Below, one piece after another: positions 49,409 to 59,150 of a stretch of DNA of 64,000 bases. The notes beneath the pieces were generated by a model. That model saw only the letters and a program-made list of their open reading frames with translations. It was not told the origin of the DNA and ran no database searches. Both the position numbers and the translations under genes were made by a program. Numbering within the stretch: the first letter of the stretch is position 1; the number at the start of each line of letters is the position of its first letter. The stretch comes from Candidatus Micrarchaeota archaeon (GTDB lineage Archaea; Micrarchaeota; Micrarchaeia; Anstonellales; Bilamarchaeaceae), in NCBI GenBank assembly GCA_038046765.1, contig JBBSVN010000005.1, positions 82,490 through 146,489 of the forward strand, read 5' to 3'.

Positions 49409-50110
49409 ATGACTTTGAAGGTGTTTTTATTGGCAATCGTTCAAGCAACAGTTGTTTGTATACAAAATCAAAAAGAAGGAAAAACTTTGATGTTACATAG
49501 AAAATCAAAAGCAAACGATTTTCATAAGGGTCGATGGGCACCACCTGGAGGAAAATGCGAGCCTAATGAGTCGCCATTAAGGTGCGCAGTACGCGAACTT
49601 AAAGAAGAATCAGGAATCTTACTTTTAAATCCGAAACTAGTTGGAATCTTTCATGTAATTGGATTAGTCAAAGATTTTTGGGATGTTTATGCTTATACTG
49701 CAACCTCATTTAGGGACAGTGGTCTAGATATTACAACTGCTGGAAAATTAGCCTGGATCGATGATTCTAAATTAACTTCATTGCCCCAATTAGACGGAAA
49801 TCGTATTGTTATGCAAAACATTTTAGACAGAAAATATTTTGAGATTACACTTTATTATCATGGTGATGATTTAGTACACTGCTCGCCTTTACTTGATACA
49901 AATCTAGCCAAGTTCTTGCAGCAAACTCGCGGAACTGGGATGAAGGATCGTATGGGTGTATACCAAAGGATACGAAGAAAATTACTTTGGGCAGAGCGGG
50001 AAGCAGAAAGAGATTATGCTAAAAAACTAGTTGCTGGGGAAATGGAGCAACTACCTTTTAGATTTAGATATTCTTACGCATTTAGCTTAAACCAATTGCG
50101 TCCTGCTTGA
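49409..50110 (+). CDS. Nudix hydrolase with C-terminal extension
   Basis: GGKCEPNESPLRCAVRELKEESG Nudix box. Confidence 0.85.
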   Translation: MTLKVFLLAIVQATVVCIQNQKEGKTLMLHRKSKANDFHKGRWAPPGGKCEPNESPLRCAVRELKEESGILLLNPKLVGIFHVIGLVKDFWDVYAYTATSFRDSGLDITTAGKLAWIDDSKLTSLPQLDGNRIVMQNILDRKYFEITLYYHGDDLVHCSPLLDTNLAKFLQQTRGTGMKDRMGVYQRIRRKLLWAEREAERDYAKKLVAGEMEQLPFRFRYSYAFSLNQLRPA

Positions 50111-50182
50111 AAATCGATTTTTTATATTTTATTATTTTTAATAATTTTTTATCCTGTTATCTTAAAAATTAGGTATAGGGAA

Positions 50183-50698
50183 TTAATCCATTCTTTTTGC
50201 TATTTCTGCCTTTGCCTCATTAAGTTTAGATGTAATTCCTCCGATCTTATCAAGAAGCAGATGCTCTTTTCTAAAGACGAATCTTAGTTTACCTAGTTGT
50301 TTTTCCATTTCCCCTAATCTCCCCATTGCTTCTTGACATCTTGCAAGAACTATGATTGGATTTATCTCATCAGTAGTTATTGCTGCCTTAAGCTGTTTCA
50401 CTAATCTATCTATAATCTTGGGGTAAGCATCAAGTAAAATCAGGTTTATATCTATGTTTTTTTCTCCCTTTAAAATTTCAAAAACTCCATTTATATCTGT
50501 ACTTGTTGCAATTTTTCTTGCATATTTTTCCCTCTCCAAGGGAGGAATACCATTTCTTTTAATCCCCTCTTTGGCTATTGCAACTAATGGTTCTCCACCT
50601 GGGCGAAATGCACTTAGGAAAGGTAAGACATGTGTCTTCATTCTAACTTTCTCTCTTTGAACAGTTGAAGATGCCATAGTTATAACCCTACTAAACAC
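50183..50698 (-). CDS. Hypothetical protein
   Basis: ORF only. Confidence 0.55.
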   Translation of the reverse strand: MFSRVITMASSTVQREKVRMKTHVLPFLSAFRPGGEPLVAIAKEGIKRNGIPPLEREKYARKIATSTDINGVFEILKGEKNIDINLILLDAYPKIIDRLVKQLKAAITTDEINPIIVLARCQEAMGRLGEMEKQLGKLRFVFRKEHLLLDKIGGITSKLNEAKAEIAKRMD

Positions 50699-50711
50699 CT
50701 TATAAATTTAC

Positions 50712-51383
50712 CTATGTTTCAGTTTGTTCTTCTAAAACTATTTTTTTAGCTAGTTCTGCTATTGGTGCTTTAGAAAATTTATCTCTTACTTCATCTCTTA
50801 GTTGTATTATGCTAGAAAATTTGCCCCTAGCCATATTATGGCCTAATTCTTGTAAAATTCTTAGGTATGCCTTAGCAAATTCCTGGACATCTAGATTGTG
50901 CTTTGCTAAAGTACTTCGCTCCAGAATTTGTGGCAAAGCAAGTCTTGCCTCGTATGTGCTGTTTATATTAGAATCTCCATTAGTTCCAATCAGAGTTCTC
51001 AAACTAGTATCTTCTCTAAATGCTCGTCGAGCTAAACTATCTGGATTTGCTAATATTTCTCCCATTAAATCAAGTCCTCTGTTTCTTCTAGATAAGGTAA
51101 ACTTCAAAAAAGCAGACGCGCTTAGTTGCATTCTTCCTGCTTCTGACAAATATATTTCTTGTATAAATCCCTCATTTACAAGACTTAGCATGAGCTGGCC
51201 TGATCGAATATCCAAAAATAGGTGTTTTGTTTCTGCGTATGCAATCAATTTACTATTAGATGTGTGTTCATCAAGTAAAATAAATCCTACTGCCCTTAGT
51301 GCTTCTGCTATGTGTCGTCTTTGCTGCGTGGGTACCAATAATCCTGTTGGTCCTCTTGTTATTTGTCGTTCCATTTTTTTCAC
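50712..51383 (-). CDS. Hypothetical protein
   Basis: ORF with GGTGA SD. Confidence 0.55.
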   Translation of the reverse strand: MKKMERQITRGPTGLLVPTQQRRHIAEALRAVGFILLDEHTSNSKLIAYAETKHLFLDIRSGQLMLSLVNEGFIQEIYLSEAGRMQLSASAFLKFTLSRRNRGLDLMGEILANPDSLARRAFREDTSLRTLIGTNGDSNINSTYEARLALPQILERSTLAKHNLDVQEFAKAYLRILQELGHNMARGKFSSIIQLRDEVRDKFSKAPIAELAKKIVLEEQTET

Positions 51384-51413
51384 CTTATAAAATCCCGTAA
51401 TCAGCAGTTAAGC

Positions 51414-51474
51414 GATGTCGCGAAGAGGATCACCCTTCACGAGCATGTTCATGAAGACATCTCTTCATGACATC
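51414..51474. repeat. Three-way-junction palindromic element, copy 1
   Basis: gatgtc..gacatc closing stem with two hairpins; homolog at 53941. Confidence 0.75.
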
Positions 51475-51489
51475 ACTAGCCTTTGTTTT

Positions 51490-52209
51490 TTACCTAACAA
51501 AATCCAGCGATATTTTGCATATGCTTACATTATGGTTTACTGCTGCTTCATAAAGGTCAGTTCCTTCTTCTTTTTCATTTAAGTCGCCATGTAACCAATA
51601 ATAAGCAGTTCCATACGGATCTAATTTCTTAATTGTTTTTGTAGCATATCTTTTTCTTTGTACTTTATTAGTAAATACTATCTTGGTACTATCTGTAAAT
51701 TCACTAGGAAGTGTTACTGAATAAAAACAGTCTTTTTCGTGTTTATCTAAGAGTAATTTTATCGCGTTTTTAGTAAATTCTTTTATTTTCTCCTGGTCCC
51801 CCCAAACTCCTTTTCTCCATTCCCTATCTTTTTTACAAATTGAAAATGCAATCGCTGGAATTTCTTCTATTGCAGCTTGCCAACAAGCTCCAAGAGTTCC
51901 AGAAGACATTATTGAACCAAGTGCTGCATTATCTCCATAATTTATTCCTGATAAAACAAGTTTGGGTTTTTCAAAGTCTTCGCAATATATTCCAAAAAGT
52001 GCGCAATCTGCAGGAGTACCATTTAGCCCATACATCTCTTCCTCTATTTTATGTACTCGCAATGGTTTATGTAAAGTTAATGCCTTAGATATCGCACTTT
52101 TTTGTCTATCTGGGATTATTGCGTATGTCTTATCAAAATCCTTTGCAACTTCGTAAAGCATTTTGATGCCTTCACAGTAGCCGTCATCGTTTGTTACTAG
52201 AATCGTCAC
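51490..52209 (-). CDS. surE: 5'/3'-nucleotidase SurE
   Basis: ILVTNDDG, GTPADC and SGINYG. GTG start overlaps the aspS stop (GTGA). Confidence 0.92.
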   Translation of the reverse strand: MTILVTNDDGYCEGIKMLYEVAKDFDKTYAIIPDRQKSAISKALTLHKPLRVHKIEEEMYGLNGTPADCALFGIYCEDFEKPKLVLSGINYGDNAALGSIMSSGTLGACWQAAIEEIPAIAFSICKKDREWRKGVWGDQEKIKEFTKNAIKLLLDKHEKDCFYSVTLPSEFTDSTKIVFTNKVQRKRYATKTIKKLDPYGTAYYWLHGDLNEKEEGTDLYEAAVNHNVSICKISLDFVR

Positions 52210-53501
52210 GGGTACAACCTCACTCTGTCTCTTGGGAACATCATTGCTTCGCGTATGTTTTCCGATCCGCAAATTCGCATTGTTAATCGCTCTAAACCGA
52301 TGCTCCATCCTGCGTGTGGCGGCGCTCCAAGTCTAAATGCGTTTAAGTAAAATTCAAATCTCGTTTCTTCAAGTCCCCTTTTTCTTAACTGATCCTCAAT
52401 CTTACTTGCATTGTGTATCCGTTGCGCTCCGCTTGAAATCTCCAGTTGCCTGTAAATTAAATCGAATGCGTTACAAATCTCTTCATTGTCTTCTCTTGGC
52501 ATGCTATAAAATGCTCTTATTTTAGTTGGCCATCCTTCAATGAAATATAATTCTTCGCCTAATATTTCGCCTAATTTTTTTTCAGCATCTTTGGAGAAAT
52601 CAGCCCCCCATTCCATCGCGTAATCATGTTTGTTTAGTTTTTCAACTAATTCGCTATAATTATATTTTGGGATTTTATCCGGAATCTTCAAATCTCCTTG
52701 GCCAAGCGTAACTAAATCCTCGTGCGCTGTTTTTTTAACGCTCCTTAGAATTGACAAAGTTACATCTTCAAGAATGTTCATCGCATCATTGTGATCTGCA
52801 AAACCCATTTCAATATCCATCTGAGTTATCTCGTTTAAGTGCGTTGTTGTGTTGTGTTTTTCTGCTCTAAAAACAGGCATTGTGATAAATACTTTATCCA
52901 TTCCTCCGATTACTGCCATCTGTTTGTATAACTGCGGAGATTGGACTAAGTAAGCTGGTGTTTCAAAGTATTGTATCTGGAAAACATCTGATCCTCCTTC
53001 AGTAGCTGCGCCAGTAATACAAGAAGGATGTATTTCAAGAAATCCTAATTCAACTAATCTTTGCCTAAATGTTGTAGCGACAATAGATTTTATATGAAAT
53101 ATTGCGGATGTTGTTTTCTTTCTTAAATCAACATATCTATAATCAAGTCTTGTGTCTATTTCGGCCTTTACTACATCGCTAGGGTCAACTGGCAACTTAT
53201 GCTCTACCTTACTTAGTATCTCAACTGAAGATGGGACTAATTCAACTCCGTCTGGCGCGATTTTGTTTGCGACAATTTTCCCTTTAAACGCTACGACATC
53301 TTCTCTGTTTAGTTTCATCTTTTCTAAGATTGAATCATCGACTTTTCCAGCTTTAGCTATTACTTGCAATATTCCTGTGCGGTCTCTTAAAGTCACGAAT
53401 TTAAGTTTACCTAAGTCCCGTACATCGTGTACCCAGCCAGCTACATAAACTTCGTTTTCAGTTTCTTTTTTAGCATCTTTAATATAGTGTGTTCTAAACA
53501 T
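52206..53501 (-). CDS. aspS: Aspartate--tRNA ligase (archaeal, probably non-discriminating)
   Basis: QSPQLYKQ, FRAE, EISSGAQR and PPHAGWSIGLER motifs. Confidence 0.95.
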   Translation of the reverse strand: MFRTHYIKDAKKETENEVYVAGWVHDVRDLGKLKFVTLRDRTGILQVIAKAGKVDDSILEKMKLNREDVVAFKGKIVANKIAPDGVELVPSSVEILSKVEHKLPVDPSDVVKAEIDTRLDYRYVDLRKKTTSAIFHIKSIVATTFRQRLVELGFLEIHPSCITGAATEGGSDVFQIQYFETPAYLVQSPQLYKQMAVIGGMDKVFITMPVFRAEKHNTTTHLNEITQMDIEMGFADHNDAMNILEDVTLSILRSVKKTAHEDLVTLGQGDLKIPDKIPKYNYSELVEKLNKHDYAMEWGADFSKDAEKKLGEILGEELYFIEGWPTKIRAFYSMPREDNEEICNAFDLIYRQLEISSGAQRIHNASKIEDQLRKRGLEETRFEFYLNAFRLGAPPHAGWSIGLERLTMRICGSENIREAMMFPRDRVRLYP

Positions 53502-53520
53502 AATTTTTCCCTCTTAAAAA

Positions 53521-53916
53521 TCATTTTTTTACTGCGGTTGATAAGACGCATGAAAATAAATAGTAATAAATTACATAAACGAAAAATACAAATACGCTGT
53601 TTAGAAAGTTAAATACTCCAATTCCAAATATTACATTAAATATGCTATTTATAAGTTCCGAACATAATAAAAGTGGTAGGGCTATTATCTTCCAGAAAAA
53701 ACTAAATATCATTTCGAGTATGGCTGGTGGCGAGAATTTTAGTTCCTTGCTAAAAGGGAACTTAGATAAACCATCTGCCGAATATGTTCCGACAATGTGT
53801 ATTGCTAGAAATAAAACGAATAAGATAATGCTCATCATGCTCGGGTTAAGTGGCTTAAGTAAGCTTTCGTTTTCTACCAATTGTATCACGTTTTCTAAAG
53901 CTATATACAGAACCAA
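53521..53916 (-). CDS. Hypothetical membrane protein
   Basis: Hydrophobic ORF; start uncertain. Confidence 0.45.
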   Translation of the reverse strand: MVLYIALENVIQLVENESLLKPLNPSMMSIILFVLFLAIHIVGTYSADGLSKFPFSKELKFSPPAILEMIFSFFWKIIALPLLLCSELINSIFNVIFGIGVFNFLNSVFVFFVYVIYYYLFSCVLSTAVKK

Positions 53917-53940
53917 CTAAGTTTTTCCGATTTGGTTCTG

Positions 53941-54032
53941 GATGTCGTGAACGTCGAAACGTTCACGAGCATGATCATAAACCCCTTCTGGTGTTTATGA
54001 CATAGATTGATCCAACATACTTGGTTGGATCA
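53941..54032. repeat. Three-way-junction palindromic element, copy 2, plus an extra hairpin
   Basis: Homologous to 51414..51474 with covarying stems. Confidence 0.75.
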
Positions 54033-54120
54033 GTATATTTATTATATTTATATTAGTATTATTATTAGTAATATCTATACATAATATATTATAATTATTG
54101 GCTAAAAGCAGGTGTCTAGC

Positions 54121-54699
54121 ATGATTCTAATTATTGATAATGGTTCACAGTATACTCATTTGATAAAAAGAAACTGCCGGGATTTGGGATTCGAGAGCGA
54201 AATTCTTAATAACAAAACTAGTTATAGCGAAGTTAAAACAAAAATTGAATCCTGCGATAAAATAATTCTAAGCGGTGGGCCAAGCAGCGTTTATCTAGAT
54301 AAAAATGGCTTAGCTGGAGAAATCTTGGAAAAAATAAAGAAAAAGGAATTAACCAAGCCAATTCTAGGAATTTGTTATGGTCATCAGCTTATTGCTTATA
54401 TCTTTGGTGGTAAAGTAGAAAAAGGAAAAAGCGCAGAATACGGGATAACCAAGATAACTACTGATCAGGAAGTTGAACTGTTTATCGGTTGTGCCAAAGA
54501 GTTTGATGCGTGGGCGAGCCACTTTGACGAAGTAAAAGAACTTCCAAAAGATTTTGTTAGTTTAGCTCATTCAGAGCAGTGTGCTTGTGAATCGATGAAA
54601 CACAAGAAAGAGAAAATTTATAGTGTGCAATTTCATCCTGAAGTTTGGCATACAAAAGAAGGAGAGAAAATACTAAAGAATTTTTTAGATATTAAATGA
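54121..54699 (+). CDS. guaAA: GMP synthase glutamine amidotransferase subunit A
   Basis: IIDNGSQY, SGGP, GICYGHQ, SHFDEV and QFHPEV motifs. Confidence 0.9.
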   Translation: MILIIDNGSQYTHLIKRNCRDLGFESEILNNKTSYSEVKTKIESCDKIILSGGPSSVYLDKNGLAGEILEKIKKKELTKPILGICYGHQLIAYIFGGKVEKGKSAEYGITKITTDQEVELFIGCAKEFDAWASHFDEVKELPKDFVSLAHSEQCACESMKHKKEKIYSVQFHPEVWHTKEGEKILKNFLDIK

Positions 54700-54717
54700 T
54701 TATAATGGCGTGCTTTA

Positions 54718-55341
54718 ATGAAAAATCTCATTTCTCAAATTCATGCTTTAAGGCAAACTCCAGTTAAAGATATTGTTGAACAAAAAATCGCTGAGTTTGA
54801 AGAAGTTTTAAAATCAGAAGATAAAGTATTTTCAGAACTTTGTTTTTGTATTACTACAGCTAATTCTAGCGCAGAAATGGGTTTAAAAGTCCAGAAAAAC
54901 TTAGAGAAAGAGATTGCTTTTTTGACAAAAGACCAGCTAAGCCAGAGGCTCAAAAGTCTTGGCTATAGGTTTTACAATAAGCGGGCGCATTATATATTCC
55001 ATGCAAGGCAATTTCTAGCTATTAAAAAAATGCTTGCTGATTTTAATAACGAACGCGATGCGAGAGATTGGCTAGCTGAAAATGTACTTGGAATTGGATA
55101 CAAGGAAGCAAGTCATTTTCTTAGAAATATTGGGTACAAAAATTGCGCAATACTTGATCGGCATATTATACGGACGATGCACGAAAACAAAATGATTGAT
55201 GAGCAACCAAAGACGATTACTAAAAAGAAGTATTTAGAAATGGAAAAAAAACTTGACAAATTAGCAGAACACACTGGTTTAGATCATGCGAGATTGGACC
55301 TGTACATGTGGTACATGAAAACTGGCAAGATTTTGAAATAA
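54718..55341 (+). CDS. ogg: 8-oxoguanine DNA glycosylase/AP lyase (Ogg2)
   Basis: ELCFCITTAN, GYKEASHFLRN, ILDRH and terminal ILK. Confidence 0.92.
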   Translation: MKNLISQIHALRQTPVKDIVEQKIAEFEEVLKSEDKVFSELCFCITTANSSAEMGLKVQKNLEKEIAFLTKDQLSQRLKSLGYRFYNKRAHYIFHARQFLAIKKMLADFNNERDARDWLAENVLGIGYKEASHFLRNIGYKNCAILDRHIIRTMHENKMIDEQPKTITKKKYLEMEKKLDKLAEHTGLDHARLDLYMWYMKTGKILK

Positions 55342-55360
55342 TCGTGTATGTTCTTTTTAT

Positions 55361-55939
55361 CTACCAACTTCGTTCTTGTAAGCTTCCGACAAATCCTTCT
55401 GGAAGTTTCATTTGGAATCCGAGTCCTAATTCGGTTACGACTCCATGCAGGTTTTCTCTTACTCCGCTTCTATCCTGTTTAGCAGTTGTACGATAAATAA
55501 TGCGAACTAGATATTCTTCTGATTTCTGTACAACTTGGAATAATCTTGTTATTCCTTTTGCAGAGAGACCATTAAACACATGGGTAATAAATCCTGTATT
55601 TGAACAATTCTTAGTAAGCAGTCCAAAGAGTGATGCCGCATGATTTGCACTAAATCCAAGTTTTCTATCATGTAATCTCCTTAATGCAACTAAACGGTGT
55701 CCAAATATATTATATAATTCTTGATTTGTAGCTAGTGCTAGGTCTAATGAAGTTTGAATTCCTATTCTTACAAGACGCTCTTTTTCATAAACACTTGGAA
55801 ACGCTAAACGACCTCGTTTTTCTTGGATTAAATCTGGAACTGGTTCTGCAAGTCGATCAATCATTATTTGCGTGTCAATAGAAAATTGTCTAACTTTTCT
55901 TGAAGAACCTAATTTAACCGTTGGACCAATGTAAATCAT
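55361..55939 (-). CDS. Hypothetical protein, paralog of the adjacent gene (RpoA-CTD-like repeats)
   Basis: Collinear similarity with 55958..56545. Confidence 0.65.
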   Translation of the reverse strand: MIYIGPTVKLGSSRKVRQFSIDTQIMIDRLAEPVPDLIQEKRGRLAFPSVYEKERLVRIGIQTSLDLALATNQELYNIFGHRLVALRRLHDRKLGFSANHAASLFGLLTKNCSNTGFITHVFNGLSAKGITRLFQVVQKSEEYLVRIIYRTTAKQDRSGVRENLHGVVTELGLGFQMKLPEGFVGSLQERSW

Positions 55940-55957
55940 TAATATCACCTTTTATTT

Positions 55958-56545
55958 TTATTTAATTCCTTCTTCTAGCTTTCGTCTAAATTCGCTTGGG
56001 ATTCGCATTTCAAATCTTAGTTCTGCTTCCGTAATTACTTGGCCAAGGTTTCTAGATAGATCTCTCTTATTTAGATCCATATCTTCCCTATAAACTAAAT
56101 CTACCAGTTCCTTACGTGGTTTTCTTACAACATGAACCATGCGAGTTAAACCCTGCGCTGCTAGACCTTCGGATATTTGAGAGATAAATCCAGCTTGCAA
56201 ACAAGGTGTTGTTAGTAATTCAAAAAGTACACCTGCACTATCCGCACTAAAACCTAGATGTCTATTTTGTAATTTTCTTAATGTAACTAATTTCTGTCCA
56301 AAAATCGGATAAAGATCTTGATTTAAAGCTAAGGCTAGATCAAAATGGGTAAAGACTCCTATTCTAGAAAGTAATACAACTTCAGGCATAACTAGACGAA
56401 GTTGCTTACTACTTCTTTTTTCTCTTGCCATTAAGTCTGATACGGGCCAAGACAATCTTTCGATCATTTTCTGTGCATCCAAGCTGAATCTACAAACTCT
56501 TCTTGAAGGGGTTCTTTGAATCGTTGATCTTATAAGTGCAGTCAT
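55958..56545 (-). CDS. Hypothetical protein, paralog of the adjacent gene (RpoA-CTD-like repeats)
   Basis: Collinear similarity with 55361..55939. Confidence 0.65.
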   Translation of the reverse strand: MTALIRSTIQRTPSRRVCRFSLDAQKMIERLSWPVSDLMAREKRSSKQLRLVMPEVVLLSRIGVFTHFDLALALNQDLYPIFGQKLVTLRKLQNRHLGFSADSAGVLFELLTTPCLQAGFISQISEGLAAQGLTRMVHVVRKPRKELVDLVYREDMDLNKRDLSRNLGQVITEAELRFEMRIPSEFRRKLEEGIK

Positions 56546-56556
56546 TAATATCACCG

Positions 56557-57198
56557 TTATTTCTTCATAGGCAAATGCTCCCAATTTCCAGGCAAACCAC
56601 TTTCAAAAGTACGAAGTCTATGGCCTCCTGAAGTTGGACCTTGTTCCATCATTATACCTCTTAATCGTTGAGCACCATCCCTTGGAGTACTGGGTCTTAA
56701 ACCCAATAATATCAGTTGTACTTGTTCTGTTCCAGTAAATACTGAAAAATCACCAAGATCTATTTCCTGGCCTATTTTTTCAGAAACGGTCATAGCATGA
56801 GCTCGAACTTTAGCTCGCGTATAATAAAGCGCAATTGCGCGGACTGCTTTAGCATGGTGTAATAAAAGATACCATGGTTCTACTGAATCATTAGGTTTAT
56901 CCTGACGATAAAGTTCAACTACTGCATTCCTTATTAGTTTTTCTCGTTGTCCTAGTGTAGTAACAATATCATTTAATTCGGTTAATCTTCTTGATTTTGC
57001 AAGTATTTCTAAAAATTCAAGCCCGCCACCTAAAGCGCTAAAACCTTCAACATGTCCGATTGCTTCAACACCTAAAAGAGGTCTAAAAATTTCTTCGTGA
57101 ATTGGTCTAGATGTTTTTGTTCGATCTTGAAATAGATTTGGTCTATCTGGAATTAGCAATTTGTTACCATATACTCGTTCTCCTCGCACTAGTTTCAT
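56557..57198 (-). CDS. Hypothetical protein
   Basis: Shares GGTGATATTAATG start context with the two downstream genes. Confidence 0.6.
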   Translation of the reverse strand: MKLVRGERVYGNKLLIPDRPNLFQDRTKTSRPIHEEIFRPLLGVEAIGHVEGFSALGGGLEFLEILAKSRRLTELNDIVTTLGQREKLIRNAVVELYRQDKPNDSVEPWYLLLHHAKAVRAIALYYTRAKVRAHAMTVSEKIGQEIDLGDFSVFTGTEQVQLILLGLRPSTPRDGAQRLRGIMMEQGPTSGGHRLRTFESGLPGNWEHLPMKK

Positions 57199-57279
57199 TA
57201 ATATCACCAAAATTAGTAGTTTATTACAACAATTTATTGTTCACAAATGTTTAAAAATCTCAATTATGTCTTAACTAGC

Positions 57280-58005
57280 ATGTTAGGCGTCATAACAGGA
57301 ACCGGACTTTATCAACTTGGGAAATTAAAAGATGTCGTAAGAGTAGATACTCCGTATGGTGCGGTTAAGGTAAATAAGGCAAAATTACATGATGAAGAAT
57401 TCTATTACATTGCAAGGCATGGTGAAGGCCATACTATTCCTCCACACAAAATTAATTATCGTGCGAATGTCGCAGCACTTAAGAAATTAGGTGTTGACGG
57501 AGTAATATCTATATTTTCAGCAGGAATAATTTCCGGTGGTTACAAGCCAGGCGATTTCGTACTTTTAGAAGATTTCATAGGATTCAATGCCCCTATAACA
57601 TTTTATGATGATTTTGCACTAGGCATAAGACACACAGATTTTTCAGTTGTCAATACAAAAAATTTCGTTAAAGCAGTAGATGAAAGCGCTTTTGCTAATA
57701 AAATAAAACTCAAAAAAGGAGGGATAATTGCAACGACTGTTGGTCCAAGATACGAAACAAAAGCCGAAGTTGAAGCAATTAAAAAAATGGGTGCCAACCT
57801 AGTGGACATGACTAGTGCATACGAAATGACCTTAGTTAACGAAATTGAAATCGAATACTGCCCGCTAGCTATAGCAGCTAATTATGCTTGCGGTATAACA
57901 AATAAGCCCCTTAGGAATAGCGAAGTTCTAAAACTACTTAAAGATGTAAAACTACCTGTTGAAGGGTTAATCCACGGAGTTTTGGATTATGTTAATGAAG
58001 AATAA
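57280..58005 (+). CDS. MTAP/purine nucleoside phosphorylase family
   Basis: GVITGTG, ARHG, PPHKINYRAN and GPRYETKAE motifs. Confidence 0.9.
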   Translation: MLGVITGTGLYQLGKLKDVVRVDTPYGAVKVNKAKLHDEEFYYIARHGEGHTIPPHKINYRANVAALKKLGVDGVISIFSAGIISGGYKPGDFVLLEDFIGFNAPITFYDDFALGIRHTDFSVVNTKNFVKAVDESAFANKIKLKKGGIIATTVGPRYETKAEVEAIKKMGANLVDMTSAYEMTLVNEIEIEYCPLAIAANYACGITNKPLRNSEVLKLLKDVKLPVEGLIHGVLDYVNEE

Positions 58006-58006
58006 A

Positions 58007-58432
58007 TTATACTAATTTCTTAGCTTCTTTTAAGAAACCTTCTGCCATTTTTATTGCCATTTGTGCTTCTTCACATTGGATTTCCCGAATCTCAACATTC
58101 TCATCTCCGTAAATTACTTTATGTCTGATTGTTCTTAGAATATTGAGCTCATTTATGTACTTTTGTTCGATTTTACCAGAATAAATTTCTCTTAAGTATT
58201 CATAAACCGAATAATGATTCCTCTCCTTATAGCCATCTTTAAATAAAAATGCCCGTGCTGTATGAAACATCGCAGTGTAAGATGAGATTAATGAACTATC
58301 AAAAATCTCTGCATCAAGTTCTTGTTTTGCTTTCTCTATTTTATCCTGGGCGAGTAGAAGCGATTTTTGGGCTTTTTGTAAATCAGGTGTTGTTTTGACC
58401 AGATTTCCTTTTTTGATTAAGTCATCTATCAT
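58007..58432 (-). CDS. HEPN-domain protein
   Basis: YTAMFH-ARA and RHKVIY motifs. Confidence 0.85.
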   Translation of the reverse strand: MIDDLIKKGNLVKTTPDLQKAQKSLLLAQDKIEKAKQELDAEIFDSSLISSYTAMFHTARAFLFKDGYKERNHYSVYEYLREIYSGKIEQKYINELNILRTIRHKVIYGDENVEIREIQCEEAQMAIKMAEGFLKEAKKLV

Positions 58433-58995
58433 TATACCACGGGTTTTTCTCCATAGAGGGATACTGAATCGATTATTACATGCTCATAAAATATTTTATC
58501 TTGTTCTTTTTTCTTTTTCCACTCCATTATTGAGTAAACACTTATGTTTATTTCTCTTGTTGTTCCACGCGCTAAAACTGAAATTTCTCTTTTTCCTTTA
58601 ATATCCAAATCTCCAACTACAATTAAGTCCATGTCGCTATTTTGGTCATCTTTTCCAGTAGCGCAGCTTCCGTATAGTAGAATCGAAAGTATGCTTTTTT
58701 TTGTATCCAAAATGTTTTGAATTATTTTGGCTTTGTCAAGTTCTTCAAGAGAAAATAAGATTTTCCATTGCCTAGTTAAAGGGCTTTCTTTATTTGCTTG
58801 GTATTGAAATGTATTCCCGACTTTATCTAAGGTGATCATACCTTTAGAGTACATATAATCCAGAGCTTGCTTTGCAGCAAAAACACTTATCTTAGTTTTT
58901 CGTGCGGTTTCGTTTACAGAATATCTGTTTGCAGCATTTACAAGAACTTCTTTCATAATACTTACAAGAGCGTATTTTTCAAGCATTTCTTTCAT
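58432..58995 (-). CDS. wHTH + nucleotidyltransferase (MNT)
   Basis: LYGSCATG...SDMD motif; paired with HEPN. Confidence 0.85.
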   Translation of the reverse strand: MKEMLEKYALVSIMKEVLVNAANRYSVNETARKTKISVFAAKQALDYMYSKGMITLDKVGNTFQYQANKESPLTRQWKILFSLEELDKAKIIQNILDTKKSILSILLYGSCATGKDDQNSDMDLIVVGDLDIKGKREISVLARGTTREINISVYSIMEWKKKKEQDKIFYEHVIIDSVSLYGEKPVV

Positions 58996-59150
58996 TATTT
59001 ATATATAATGAATGTTATTTATAAAGTTTTGTTTTAGAATTTATTATTTATAAAAAATGTTTGTTATTTTAAAATAATAAAGTAGCCTATCATCAAGCAT
59101 ATTCTTCCAAAAACAATAACTTTAAAAAAAGATTGACACTAATACTTATT

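Noticed and set aside
52210..52308. N-terminal extension of surE in the ORF track
   Set aside because: It lies inside aspS; the GTG at 52209 gives the normal SurE start.
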